Of a DNA stretch of 64,000 nt, positions 50,740-62,423 are shown one piece after another. The notes beneath the pieces were generated by a model. That model was not told the origin of the DNA. It did no database searches and saw only the letters and a list, made by a program, of their open reading frames with translations. Each line of letters starts with the position of its first letter. Position 1 is the stretch's first letter. This DNA is from Octopus vulgaris (Eukaryota): the NCBI GenBank assembly GCA_951406725.2, contig OX597839.1, positions 23,684,001 through 23,748,000 of the forward strand, given 5' to 3'. The position numbers and the translations under genes are program-made.

Positions 50740-51640
50740 AATATTCTTACGTATTTAGATCTTACAAGGATCATCAGATGAATGAAAAAGTGTTACAACA
50801 AATTGATGAACGACAACAATTCCTGAACATTGTGAAAAAACAAAAGCTCATCTATTATGGCCATATAGGTGCAGGAGTGGCTGTGTGGTAAGTAGCTTGC
50901 TAACCAACCACATGGTTCCGGGTTCAGTCCCACTGCGTGGCATCTTGGGCAAGTCTCTTCTGCTATAGCCCCGGGCTGACCAATGCCTTGTGAGTGAATT
51001 TGGTAGACGGAAACTGAAAGAAGCCTGTCGTATATATGTATATATATATCATCATCATCATCATCATCATCGTTTAACGTCCGTTTTCCGCGCTAGCACG
51101 GGTTGGACGGTTCGACCGGGGTCTTGGAAGCCAGGTGCTGCACCAGGCTCCAGTCTGATCTGGCAGAGTTTCTACAGCTGGATGCCCTTCCTAACGCCAA
51201 CAATATATTTATATATGTATGTGTGTGTGTGTCTGTGTTTGTCCCCCTAGCATTGCTTGACAACTGATGCTGGTGTGTTTACGTCCCCGTCACTTAGCGG
51301 TTCGGCAAAAGAGACAGATAGAATAAGTACTGGGCTTACAAAGAATAAGTCCCGGGGTCGATTTGCCCAACTAAAGGCGGTGCTCCAGTATGGCCGCAGT
51401 CAAATGACTGAAACAAGTAAGAGTAAGAGTAAGAGTATATTCAAAGAAGCAGATGTTTGGAAAACCTAATCATGAAAGAAAGAGTAGAGGGCAGAAGATC
51501 AAGAGACAAGCAAAGAATGCAATGGACGGATGATATCAAGAGCAGGTTGGACAAGATTGGCAACACAGCTGGAGAACTCCAGGAAGATTTTCATTGCAGT
51601 GTCATTAATAAGCTGCAGGCATACGATATATGACAATGAT
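50740..51640 (+). mobile_element. RTE LINE C-terminal fragment interrupted by SINE A (50868-51436), which is itself interrupted by family B (51050-51200, -)
   Basis: VLQQIDERQQFLNIVKKQKLIYYGHI | FKEA..LIMKERVEGRRSRDKQRMQWTDDIK. Confidence 0.75.
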
Positions 51641-52007
51641 GATTTAGCTCGTTATTAAATTAGGCCTCTCTGAAGGATTTCTTAATAGCCTGAAATGTCA
51701 CTCAAACCAAACAGAACTCATTCATTATACGCACGAGTTTTGCCTGATGAAATAGTCTTCCAATTTCAAAAACCTTTCCACTACTTTGTCTTAGTTTCTT
51801 GGGGAAGATAGAGATGGACTAATTACGAGTTGTTAAATAACGACAAAAGTTTTCACATCAGTTCAATTCCAGTTGCAAGTTTCTAAAAAGGCCTTCATGG
51901 GTCTAATTTTTGAACAAAACTAATTCCTATTTATTGAACATATGGCTATGACACTGCTTATATGTGCGTGTTTATATGTACAAATATGTATGTGTGTGTA
52001 TGTGTAA

Positions 52008-52052
<45 letters not shown>

Positions 52053-52053
52053 C

Positions 52054-52103
<50 letters not shown>

Positions 52104-52112
52104 TGCTAGATA

Positions 52113-52393
52113 GTGCTCCAGAGCGTCGGCTGCGGGGTCACTCCGAAAAGCTCTATCTGCCACGATTTCATCTCAATCAAAGGAGAGGGGCTTTCTCCGT
52201 CCGGATTGTGGATCAGTGGAATAAGCTGCCGGACGAGATAGTGAAGATGCCGACGACCGATCGGTTCAAAGTCTCTCTTGACCAGAAATGGCCTGAACTC
52301 TTTGCATGAACACCTTCCCTGTACATAACTCCATGTCCCCCTACATGGCCTTGCTTTTTGCTTTTTGAGCCAAAAAATTAACTTAACTTAACA
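52113..52393 (+). mobile_element. CR1 3' end (same family as 43415) inside (GATA)n
   Basis: APERRLRGHSEKLYL..DQKWPELFA*; tail (TTAAC)n. Confidence 0.9.
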
Positions 52394-52449
52394 TAGATAG
52401 ATAGATAGATAGATAGATAGAAGGTAGGTAGGTAGGTAGGTTGACATAC

Positions 52450-52500
<51 letters not shown>

Positions 52501-52524
52501 AGGTAGGTAGGTTGACATACAGAG

Positions 52525-52555
<31 letters not shown>

Positions 52556-52595
52556 GAGATAAACAGACAGACAGACAGGTAGATAGGCAGACAGT

Positions 52596-52627
<32 letters not shown>

Positions 52628-53185
52628 TAGATTCATGATAGATAGATAGATATATAGATAGAAGGTAGGTAGGTAGGTAGGTAGGTAGGTAGGTTGACAT
52701 ACAGATAGATAGATAGATAGACAGATTCACAGTTCACACTCTATAATACTGTGGCAATTATATAATATCATATGGACTTATACTCATCATTGTCTTGACA
52801 GTTACAATGTCTCAAACAACCCCACAGTTATTTGTGTCTCTTCAATTAATATGACGACGATGTATGAGGTCTTTGTCTGGATATGACACGTAATTGTCTT
52901 GCGAATGTTCCGTGCACAATTAGGAAATTATTATTAAAAATAGGTGTGCTACTGCAATAATCATACATACACTCACACACACACACACACAGACACACAC
53001 ACACATACAATACATACATACATGCATGCATACATACATTATATTATATATCATATATATTATGTATATGTGTGTGTATTATATATTATATGTATATATA
53101 CATTATAATATATACATAATATATATGATATATAATATATATATAATATATATATATATATGTATATATACATTATAATATATAC

Positions 53186-53265
<80 letters not shown>

Positions 53266-53396
53266 ACGTTACATAAATATATATATATATCTACACATAT
53301 GTATGAATGTGTGTATATACATGTGTTTGAATATTTCATTATTGGGTTTATACATCATCATTCATGTGTATATTTTTATTTGTGACTATAGTATAT

Positions 53397-53427
<31 letters not shown>

Positions 53428-53997
53428 TTATTTTGACATTGTGCTATGCCAAGAGTATTGCTTGAATCAATAATAGTTTTTATTTGTACTGTTTTGTTTT
53501 GTTTTGTTTTTTCCTGTAAGAAATTCTGTCTCCTACCAATGTGTTGTCCACTTGTGTTTTTCCCATCTAGCTTTGTTCCGTGCTCTGTGTTGTGATCCTT
53601 TTCAGTTGCTCCTTACTGTAAGTACTGTGGGTAGACGGAAGAGTATCATGCTCCTTATTGTAAGTATGGTGGTTCTGTGGAAACGTGCCATCTTTGTAAA
53701 GCCAATATAACAGTTGGAGTCATGAAGTTAGCAACTTTTATCTTTACGCTCATATTCATGAGTATCATTATTTATTTGTGTCTTGGTCATGTCTTGACAA
53801 AATTGTGATTTGCTACTAAGAAAAATGTTTTTAATTTTAGTGGTTTTGTCGTATATTATCTTACGTATGATAAAACACAATGTGTAACCTATCAGTGATG
53901 CTGGTGGGAAAGAAGAGTAAAACAACAAATGGAGTGGGTGTGAGCAACGGTCAGAGACGGTAAAGCAGGTAGACAGCTTTCAAAAGTTTTGCTCTAA

Positions 53998-54295
53998 AGT
54001 TAAGTTAAGTTAATTTTTTGGCTCAAAAAGCAAAAGCAAGGCCATGTAGGGAGACATGGAGTTATGTACAGGGAGGGTGTTCATGCAAAGAGTTCAGGCC
54101 ATTTCTGGTCAAGAGAGACTTTGAACCGAGCGGTCATCGGCATCTTCACTATCTCGTCTGGCAGCTTATTCCACTGATCTGCAACCCGGACGGAGAAAGC
54201 CCCTCTCCTTCGATTGAGATGAAATCGTCTCAGATAGAGCTTTTCAGAGTGACCCCGCAGCCAACGCTCTGGAGCAGGAGTGAAGAACAGCTCTC
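53998..54295 (-). mobile_element. CR1 3' end (same family)
   Basis: Reverse complement of the 52113 copy, with an (AAGTT)n tail at 53998-54013. Confidence 0.9.
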
Positions 54296-54898
54296 TAAAG
54301 ATGAGAACCAGGGTTGGTTTATGTCCCTATAACTTAACAGTTTGTCAAATTGAGACTAATGAAATATGTATGAGACTTAAAAAATACCACAGTAGATTTG
54401 ATCAATTAAATCTGTCACTACAATGCTCCAGCATGGCCACACTCTAATGAATGCAACAAGTGAAGGAATGAAAGAATACATAGAACAAAAGAATTCCAAG
54501 AATGTCTGAAGACCATCTTAGACATGAAAGCTAAATTATCTCTGGTTCTGTTTAATTACCAATCACGCCATTAACTGTGTTGGTCTGTTGGTCAATGTAA
54601 TTAAAAGGCTTGTACTCATTAACCAATGGGGAGAACTAAATTGAGTGATCGAGATTTAAGAGTTATGGATGGATTGAAGCAGCCAGATTAGTCGGGGAGA
54701 AATATATAAATGAACACTGGAACTGACAAGACAGGCTTTTTGATATTTGGTGATTCCATTAATGGTTACAACACTAATGTGATGCATCTACTCCTACTCT
54801 CGCCTCTGTAGACATTTCTCCCCCACCTCTCTCTCTCTCTCTCTCTATCTGTCTGTCTCTCTGTCTATTTATTTATATGCATGAACATTTTTTATATG

Positions 54899-54943
<45 letters not shown>

Positions 54944-54992
54944 CTAGCTAGATAGATACATACATACACATATATATATATATATATATATA

Positions 54993-55236
54993 TCATCATC
55001 ATCATCATCATCATCGTTTAACGTCCGTTTTCCGCGCTAGCACGGGTTGGACGGTTTCGACCGGGGTCTGGGGAGCTCGGGACTGCCCCAGGCTCCAGTC
55101 TAGTCTGGCAGTGTTTCTACAGCTGGATGCCCTTCCTAACGCCAACCACTCCGCGAGTGTAGTGGGTGTTTTTTACGTGCCACCTGCACAGGTGCCAGAG
55201 GGGTCTGGCATCGGCCACGTTCGGATGGTGCTTTTT
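54993..55236 (-). mobile_element. Family B RTE-tail repeat
   Basis: (CAT)n tail and conserved core. Confidence 0.75.
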
Positions 55237-56096
55237 ATGGGGGGGGTGCAGAAATATAGGGGAGCACCAGTGGGAGGGGTGGTTCAGAGGACAGGTACTA
55301 GTCAAGTAGAACGTAGGATATCGAGAGAGGGGTAATGCATGGTGAAATAGCGTATTGAAGAGGGGGGTTCAAAGAGTAGACACCTATAATGGTGGTGGGG
55401 GGTGCAGAAATATAGGGGAGCACCAGTGGGAGGGGTGGTTCAGGGGACAGGTTCTAGGCAAGTAGAACGTAGGATATCGAGAGAGGGGTAATGCATGGTG
55501 AAATAGCGTATTGAAGAGGGGGTTCAAAGAGTAGACACCTATAATGGTGGTGGGGGGTGCAGAAATATAGGGGAGCACCAGTGGGAGGGGTGGGCACCAG
55601 TGGGAGGGGTGGGCACCAGTGGGAGGGGTGGTTCAGAGGACAGGTTCTAGGCAAGTAGAACGTAGGATATCGAGAGAGGGGTAATGCATGGTGAATAGCG
55701 TATTGAAGAGGGGGTTCAAAGAGTAGACACCTATAATGGTGGTGGGGGGTGCAGAAATATAGGGGAGCACCAGTGGGAGGGGTGGTTCAGAGGACAGGTT
55801 CTAGGCAAGTAGAACGTAGGATATCGAGAGAGGGGTAATGCATGGTGAAATAGCGTATTGAAGAGGGGGGTTCAAAGAGTAGACACCTATAATGGTGGTG
55901 GGGGGATGCAGAAATATAGGGGAGCACCAGTGGGAGGGGTGAGCACCAGTGGGAGGGGTGAGCACCAGTGGGAGGGGTGGTCCAGAGGACAGGTTCTAGG
56001 CAAGTAGAACGTAGGATATCGAGAGAGGGGTAATGCATGGTGAAATAGCGTATTGAAGAGGGGGTTCAAAGAGTAGGCACCTATAATGGTGGTGGG
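55237..56096. repeat. G-rich tandem repeat, unit about 155-157 bp, about 5 copies, with variable 19-bp subrepeat
   Basis: tgcagaaatatagg at 55247, 55403, 55558, 55750 and 55907; gcaccagtgggaggggtg(g/a) occurs 1-3 times per unit. Confidence 0.95.
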
Positions 56097-56173
56097 AGAA
56101 AACGACATCCGGTATAGTTGGAGCAAAATAGAGATATCCGGTATTGGTGGTGGGGGTGGGTAGGGCAGGCGCG

Positions 56174-57317
56174 CCGCGAAGAATCGGCAGCCAATTTCTA
56201 TAAGGGAGATAGATCTTAAATATCTATAACGATAACTAGTGAATTATACAGAATATGCAAAAACGAGGCGAGGCTGAAATAGTAAACAGAGTGGCGACTA
56301 GGGGGATCAGAATAATAATAATTAATAAATAATAATAATAAATAGAGATACGGATGAATTAAAGTTCAAAGATTTCTTATCTTGAGATCACTTCGTTTAC
56401 GGACAGACTTGGCAAAAGGAATTCGGAATCAAGAATGAGGCAGTTTACTAGCTTAAGTATGCATAGCCATGGCGGGTGGTAGGAAGAGAGGAGTCCAGAC
56501 AGACGACAATGTAAAAAGAGGGGGAGAGAAGGGAAGAGAAAAACCCCGCGAAGAATCGGCAGCCAATTTCTATAAGGGAGATAGATCTTAAATATCTATA
56601 ACGATAACTAGTGAATTATACAGAATATGCAAAAACGAGGCGAGGCTGAAATAGTAAACAGAGTGGCGACTAGGGGGATCAGAATAATAATAATTAATAA
56701 ATAATAATAATAAATAGAGATACGGATGAATTAAAGTTCAAAGATTTCTTATCTTGAGATCACTTCGTTTACGGACAGACTTGGCAAAAGGAATTCGGAA
56801 TCAAGAATGAGGCAGTTTACTAGCTTAAGTATGCATAGCCATGGCGGGTGGTAGGAAGAGAGGAGTCCAGACAGACGACAATGTAAAAAGAGGGGGAGAG
56901 AAGGGAAGAGAAAAACCCCGCGAAGAATCGGCAGCCAATTTCTATAAGGAGATAGATCTTAAATATCTATAACGATAACTAGTGAATTATACAGAATATG
57001 CAAAAACGAGGCGAGGCTGAAATAGTAAACAGAGTGGCGACTAGGGGGATCAGAATAATAATAATTAATAAATAATAATAATAAATAGAGATACGGATGA
57101 ATTAAAGTTCAAAGATTTCTTATCTTGAGATCACTTCGTTTACGGACAGACTTGGCAAAAGGAATTCGGAATCAAGAATGAGGCAGTTTACTAGCTTAAG
57201 TATGCATAGCCATGGCGGGTGGTAGGAAGAGAGGAGTCCAGACAGACGACAATGTAAAAAGAGGGGAGAGAAGGGAAGAGAAAAACCCCGCGAAGAATCG
57301 GCAGCCAATTTCTATAA
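56174..57317. repeat. 372-bp tandem repeat, three near-identical copies plus a partial fourth
   Basis: gcgaagaatcggcagccaatttctataa at 56176, 56548, 56920 and 57290. Confidence 0.95.
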
Positions 57318-57537
57318 ATTGGCTGCCGATATATATATATATTATATCTATACATACATACATATATATATATGTATGTATATATATATTTATATATATA
57401 TATGTATGTATATATATATATTATATATATATATATATATGTATCTATGTATGTATATATGCATATTTATATATATAAATACATATATACTTATATATAT
57501 GTAAATATGTGTGTCAGTAATGTGTGTGTATATGATA

Positions 57538-57579
<42 letters not shown>

Positions 57580-57718
57580 TGATGAAGCCTTCCAGCTTTA
57601 CAGACCCCAGTTAAACCGTCCAACCCATGCTAGCATGGAAAACGGACGCTAAATGATGATGCTGATGATGATATTATCATATACACACATGTTCATGCAT
57701 ATAAATAACTAAACAAAC

Positions 57719-57749
<31 letters not shown>

Positions 57750-58286
57750 TTGACAGACAGACAGATAGTTTGGAAGATGGAAAGATAAGGTAGCATAGAC
57801 AGACAGACGTATATTTATTTAATGACTGACCTGAACTAATATTTGCCATATTTGATCAATGATTAGAAAAGCGTTCTTCTTTTATTAATATTGATTTTGA
57901 AGACAGAACGCTGGCAGAATTATTACCATAGTGGAAAAAATGCTTTGCACCATTTCTCCTGACTTTACATTCTGAGTTCAAATGCCACCGAGCTCAACTC
58001 TACCTTTCGTCTTTTTGGGGCCAATAAAATAATGTACCAGTCAACTATTGGGGTCGACGTAATCAGCTTACCCAACACCTGGGATTGCTGGCTTTGTGCC
58101 AAAATTTGAAACCAGTAATATTGATTTCTAATATTGATACAGGTGTGAAGGTGGCAAGCTGGCAGACTTGTTACCATGTGGGGAAAAATAATTACAGGTA
58201 AGTTCAGTGCCATCAATTCACTGTGAAGGAAGTTCACCTCAAGGAAAGTTTACCAAGAAAATATATCCATAGTATCTCACCATTAA

Positions 58287-58507
58287 CCCTTTTGATACCA
58301 ACCCAGCTGAACCACCTCTGGCTCAGTAGTACAAATGTCTGGTTTTCAAAAGTTCTGAATTCAAATCTTACACCAAAACTTAGTCACAATTTATGTCGCT
58401 AACACTAGCTTAATGACAACTAGGTTATTTTACTAAATTCTTGGTTAAATTTAAAAGGAATTGAAAGAAACACAGAGCATCTCAACAAAAATATGGTAAC
58501 AAAAGGG
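58287..58507. mobile_element. piggyBac-type MITE
   Basis: TTAA|CCCTTTTGATACC..GGTAACAAAAGGG|TTAA. Confidence 0.85.
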
Positions 58508-58606
58508 TTAAAGACATTCAGTCAAAATGTGTCTTCAATTTGCATAAGATTTGGCTGCTATTTCTAACAAGTCAAACAACTATGTGAAACAAAATCTGCA
58601 AATAAA

Positions 58607-58828
58607 CCATTTTCATACCAACCCAGCTGAAACCATCTCTGGTTCTGTAATACAAATGTCTTGTTTTCAAAAGTCCTGAATTAAAATCTTCCACCAAACC
58701 TCAGTCAGAATTTATGTTCCTAACACTAGCTTAATGATAATGAAGTTATTTTACTAAATTCTTTATTATATTTAAAATGAATTGAAAGAAACACAGAGCA
58801 TCTCAACAGGAATACGGTAACAAAAGGG
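58607..58828. mobile_element. Second copy of the piggyBac-type MITE
   Basis: Direct repeat of 58287-58507; right TIR and TTAA are intact, left TIR is degenerate. Confidence 0.8.
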
Positions 58829-58899
58829 TTAATAGTTAAAAACTATTTTATTGAAAAAAAACCAGTGAATTGGCGATGGTGAACTTATGTGACATGGAG

Positions 58900-59460
58900 T
58901 AAAGTGCATAGTGGCATTTTGTCCATGTTCTGAGTTCAAATTCTTCCATGGTTGACATTGTCTTTCATCTTTTCAGAGTCAATAAAATAAGTACCAGTTA
59001 TGTACTGGAATTGATGCAATCAAATTACACCCTACCCAGAAATTGCTGACCTTGTGCCAAAATTTGAAATCAACCACCAGGTGGCAAGCTGGCAGAGTCA
59101 TTAGCACACCGAGCCAAATGCTTAGTGACATTTCATCTGTCTTTACATTCTGAGTTCAAATTCCACTGAAGTCAACTTTACTTTTCATCCTTTCAGGGTC
59201 AATAGGTGCCAGCGAAGCACTGGAGTTGAGGTAACTGATTTGCACCCCACCCCCTCATACACACAGACACCTCAAACTCCCCAAGTCACTACATGAGGAG
59301 TTGTCAGCCTTTACGCTCTGAGTTCAAATTCAGCCAAATGCAACTTTGCCTTTCACCCTTTTGGGTTTAATAAAGTACCAGTTAAACACTGGGGTCAATG
59401 TAATCAACTTAATCCCTCCAACCTAAAATTGCTGGCCTTGTCCCAAAATTTGAAACCAAT
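58900..59460 (+). mobile_element. Cluster of three family C SINE copies (another at about 57908-58115)
   Basis: ctgagttcaaatt..ctttcatc.ttt..ggtc.aataa..agtaccag occurs three times. Confidence 0.65.
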
Positions 59461-59559
59461 ACTGCATGAGGAAGGTAATGAAACAGACATAATCCTATGA
59501 AAGTCAAATGGTTAAATAGATATATACTCACCTCTCGTACCTCCAGACTTTATAATATT

Positions 59560-59945
59560 CGCGGACTAAAGCCAACCCAAGTGCAAAGATGTTCTGGTAA
59601 TACATTCAAGCAGTGCCTCTCCAACCAAAGATACTATTTCAGGATCAGGGAAAGGAGATACACTACATCCTTAACCAGCCATGTATGGCAGTTGAAAGAC
59701 AAAATTCCACACTTGACATCATGGAAAATCCTAGAAAATCAAGACCCTTGTATAAATGGGACTAAGCATTGTAAACTGTGCACAGCCAATCAAACGAGGC
59801 TATTAAAGGACTCCCTTGACCCAGGGAACATCCTTATCTCCAGCACGGAACATCTAGAGTGGCCATTTGCTAGAGAGACCATAGGCCAACAGGTTTTAGG
59901 ATCTGAAGAAACTTTTTAGATGTGAAACCCACAGTAACCCCATAG
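59560..59945 (+). mobile_element. Decayed Penelope-like GIY-YIG fragment followed by a decayed hammerhead motif
   Basis: SGNTFKQCLSNQRYYFR..TTSLTSHVWQLKDK..SWKILE..NGTKHCKLC; then CTGAAGA 59903-09 .. GAAA 59924-27 .. GTA. Confidence 0.75.
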
Positions 59946-59974
59946 ACTAGCCATATCTATCTTTATCTATCTAT

Positions 59975-60024
<50 letters not shown>

Positions 60025-60052
60025 ATACACACACACATATACACACACACAT

Positions 60053-60086
<34 letters not shown>

Positions 60087-60118
60087 TTATTTATATATAT
60101 ATATATAGATAGATAGAT

Positions 60119-60687
60119 AATTCATAAATAAGGGCAAATGAAAAATTTTTTTTGGAAAAGAATTTTTTTCGAAAAAAATTTCATCCTACATTAGATATAA
60201 ATTTAAGCGTTCACTTCCGGACTCTTTCACTCTGTGAGAGCATCAGTTCAAATCTCACGTGTCTCGAATGAGCTGGAGTATTTCTATTTTGGATGTTTTT
60301 GGGGTACTTAGTTGTGCTCATGACTTAGTGTCTGCTTCTTCCATGGGTATGAGTAAGTATCTCATTTATTTCTTTTGCCATATGTATCACTGACGAAGGG
60401 AGGGCTGTTATAAGCTAACTCTGAAATCGGTCCGATATGGTAATAATGGAATGTTTTAGAAATTTCTGTCGACCTTTTTTCGAGTAGCGTGCAGATTGTG
60501 AAAAGATTAATGGTTAATGGACAATATGTCCAATTTTTCGGCATATTTGGCATTAGAAATTTTTTCGTTTGCCCTTATTTATGAATTGTTTATAAGTTTA
60601 ACCTTTGAAGGTATTTTTTAATATGCTGGCCATTAATAAAATTTTGGGGGGAAAATAATTTTTTTCGAAAAAAATTTTATCCTACAT

Positions 60688-60693
<6 letters not shown>
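60119..60693 (+). mobile_element. Penelope-like terminal-repeat remnant with inverted and direct repeats
   Basis: aattcataaataagggcaaa (60119) is inverted at about 60568-60587; tttcgaaaaaaattt.atcctacattagata is repeated directly at about 60167 and 60662. Confidence 0.6.
60378..60449 (+). ncRNA. Type I hammerhead ribozyme, canonical core
   Basis: TATCA-CTGACGA(60390-96)-AGGG..GGCT gttata AGCT..CTCT-GAAA(60423-26)-TCG gtc CGA-TA-TGGTA, with a distal CCAT/ATGG pairing. Confidence 0.8.
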
Positions 60694-60740
<47 letters not shown>

Positions 60741-61424
60741 TTATATACACATACATATATATATAAATAGATAGATAGATAGATATAGATATATATAGAC
60801 ATACATACTTATTTATATATATATATATATCCACTATCATGCTGGGGTTATGTGATGCTGATGATTCTAAACAAGGTTGAAATAGTGCTGTACATAGCTA
60901 CTAATAACTAAAAAGGTTTCTTAAAAATCTATCTAGGAACTTTGTAAACACACACATATATTATAGATGTGTGAGAGAGAAAGAGAGAGGTGTGTGTAAC
61001 CTATACAGTAGATATATAAACAGGGCTGTTTTAGGTATTTTCTCAGAGACTGTAAAAATGATGTACAGCCATAATCAATTTTTGAGCCTTATTGGCCTCT
61101 CATCAGAGGTGATGTCTCCATCAATTTGATCAATTCCAGAGAAACAAGCAGACAATCCGTTTATATACTCAATGACTACAGTCACTACAGATGACAGGAG
61201 TGAGTAATTTGCATTATATAAATTGATATTAATCCAAAATAGTGGACGAATAGAAAGGAATAGAAGAAATGAAGACCATATTAGAATTAATTAAGAATTT
61301 AATTATATTTTAGAATATAATAATATACTTTAACAGTTTCACATTAGATTTTCTAAAGTGTACAGTATATGGAGTTATGTCCCAGATTATTTCTGTTCAG
61401 GACATTGTTATAAAAATAGTTCTC

Positions 61425-61826
61425 AAGAGTGGCTGAGTGGTAAGAAGATTGCTTACCAACCACATGGTTCTGGGTTCGGTCCCACCACATGACACCTTGA
61501 GCAAGTATCTTCTACTATAGCCTTGGGTTGACCAAAGCCTTGTGAGTGGATTTGGTAGATGGAAACTGAAAGAAGCCCATCTTATGTGTGTGTGTGTGTG
61601 TATGTTTGTGTGTGTGTATGGCTGTGTGTCTGCCCCCCCACCATTGCTCGACAACCAATGTTGGTATATTTACATCCCCCATAACTTGGCGGCTCGACAA
61701 AAAGAGACCAATAGAATAAGTACTAGGCTTACAAGGAATAAGTCTTGGAGTCGATTTGTTCGAGTAAAGGCAGTGCTTCAACATGGCTGCAGTCAAATGA
61801 CTGTAACAAATAAGAGAATAAAAGAA
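61425..61826 (+). mobile_element. Diverged full-length SINE family A
   Basis: A and B boxes, core and tail. Confidence 0.8.
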
Positions 61827-62068
61827 AGTAGGAATGTGGCTCAGAATGCTATCCATTAATGTCCAAATTGATTGGTCTCCATCTGTGTATTAGCAAAATT
61901 ATTGTAAAAGTTTCCTAGACATGCTCATTCGCCAAAGCTTTGGTGGAAAGAAGTAAGTCTTCCTCCGTGTGCCAGAAACAGGGATCGAACTCATAACGAC
62001 ATGGCAACAAAGTACACAGCTTAACCACCCATCCATACTCACACCCACCACTTTAATTATATAAATAG

Positions 62069-62165
62069 ACCATTAAACAGTGCAGGTGAAGGACATCCAG
62101 TTTCTATTTCTGGTCGAATTAATTCATTGAGTTCTTCACGGTTGACTGCATCAAGGCGTAACTGA
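62069..62165 (+). CDS. Candidate short terminal coding exon of an unidentified host gene
   Basis: Unique sequence; AG at 62067-68 followed by PLNSAGEGHPVSISGRINSLSSSRLTASRRN*. No homology recognised, and a minus-strand frame is also open. Confidence 0.2.
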
Positions 62166-62391
62166 ACACGTGAATCAGGTCCATTGACATATTCCGTATT
62201 CCATATTTCCTTTTGACGTTACTATAGCCATTCATTGGTGGTGTTGTTGATAAGGTCACGCTGTCTGCCGTATGACTGCTGCAGGCCATTGGTCAATAGC
62301 ACAGCAACCAATGCTTTTCATTGGTTCCTTGTATTTCGGTCCAAGTGAATGCCTTTACACGTTTCTCTCAGGGTGAGAAATTATTGATTTG

Positions 62392-62423
<32 letters not shown>

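Noticed and set aside
54500-54540. CTGAAGA..GAAAGCTA
   Set aside because: No stem pairing; consistent with chance.
54545-54790. TAAT/ATTA-rich unique segment (similar ones at 24060-24460 and 30660-30960) as homeodomain enhancers
   Set aside because: Such motifs are expected by chance in AT-rich DNA; conservation data would be needed.
55237-57317. Tandem arrays as possible retrozymes or CRISPR-like arrays
   Set aside because: I found no convincing hammerhead fold on either strand of the 156-bp or 372-bp units, the units have no unique spacers, and the context is eukaryotic.
61065-61112. CTGATGA-GAGGCC aataa GGCTC-AAAA on the minus strand
   Set aside because: Plausibly a decayed hammerhead, but G12 is missing and stem I is weak; counted only as a remnant, not as a feature.
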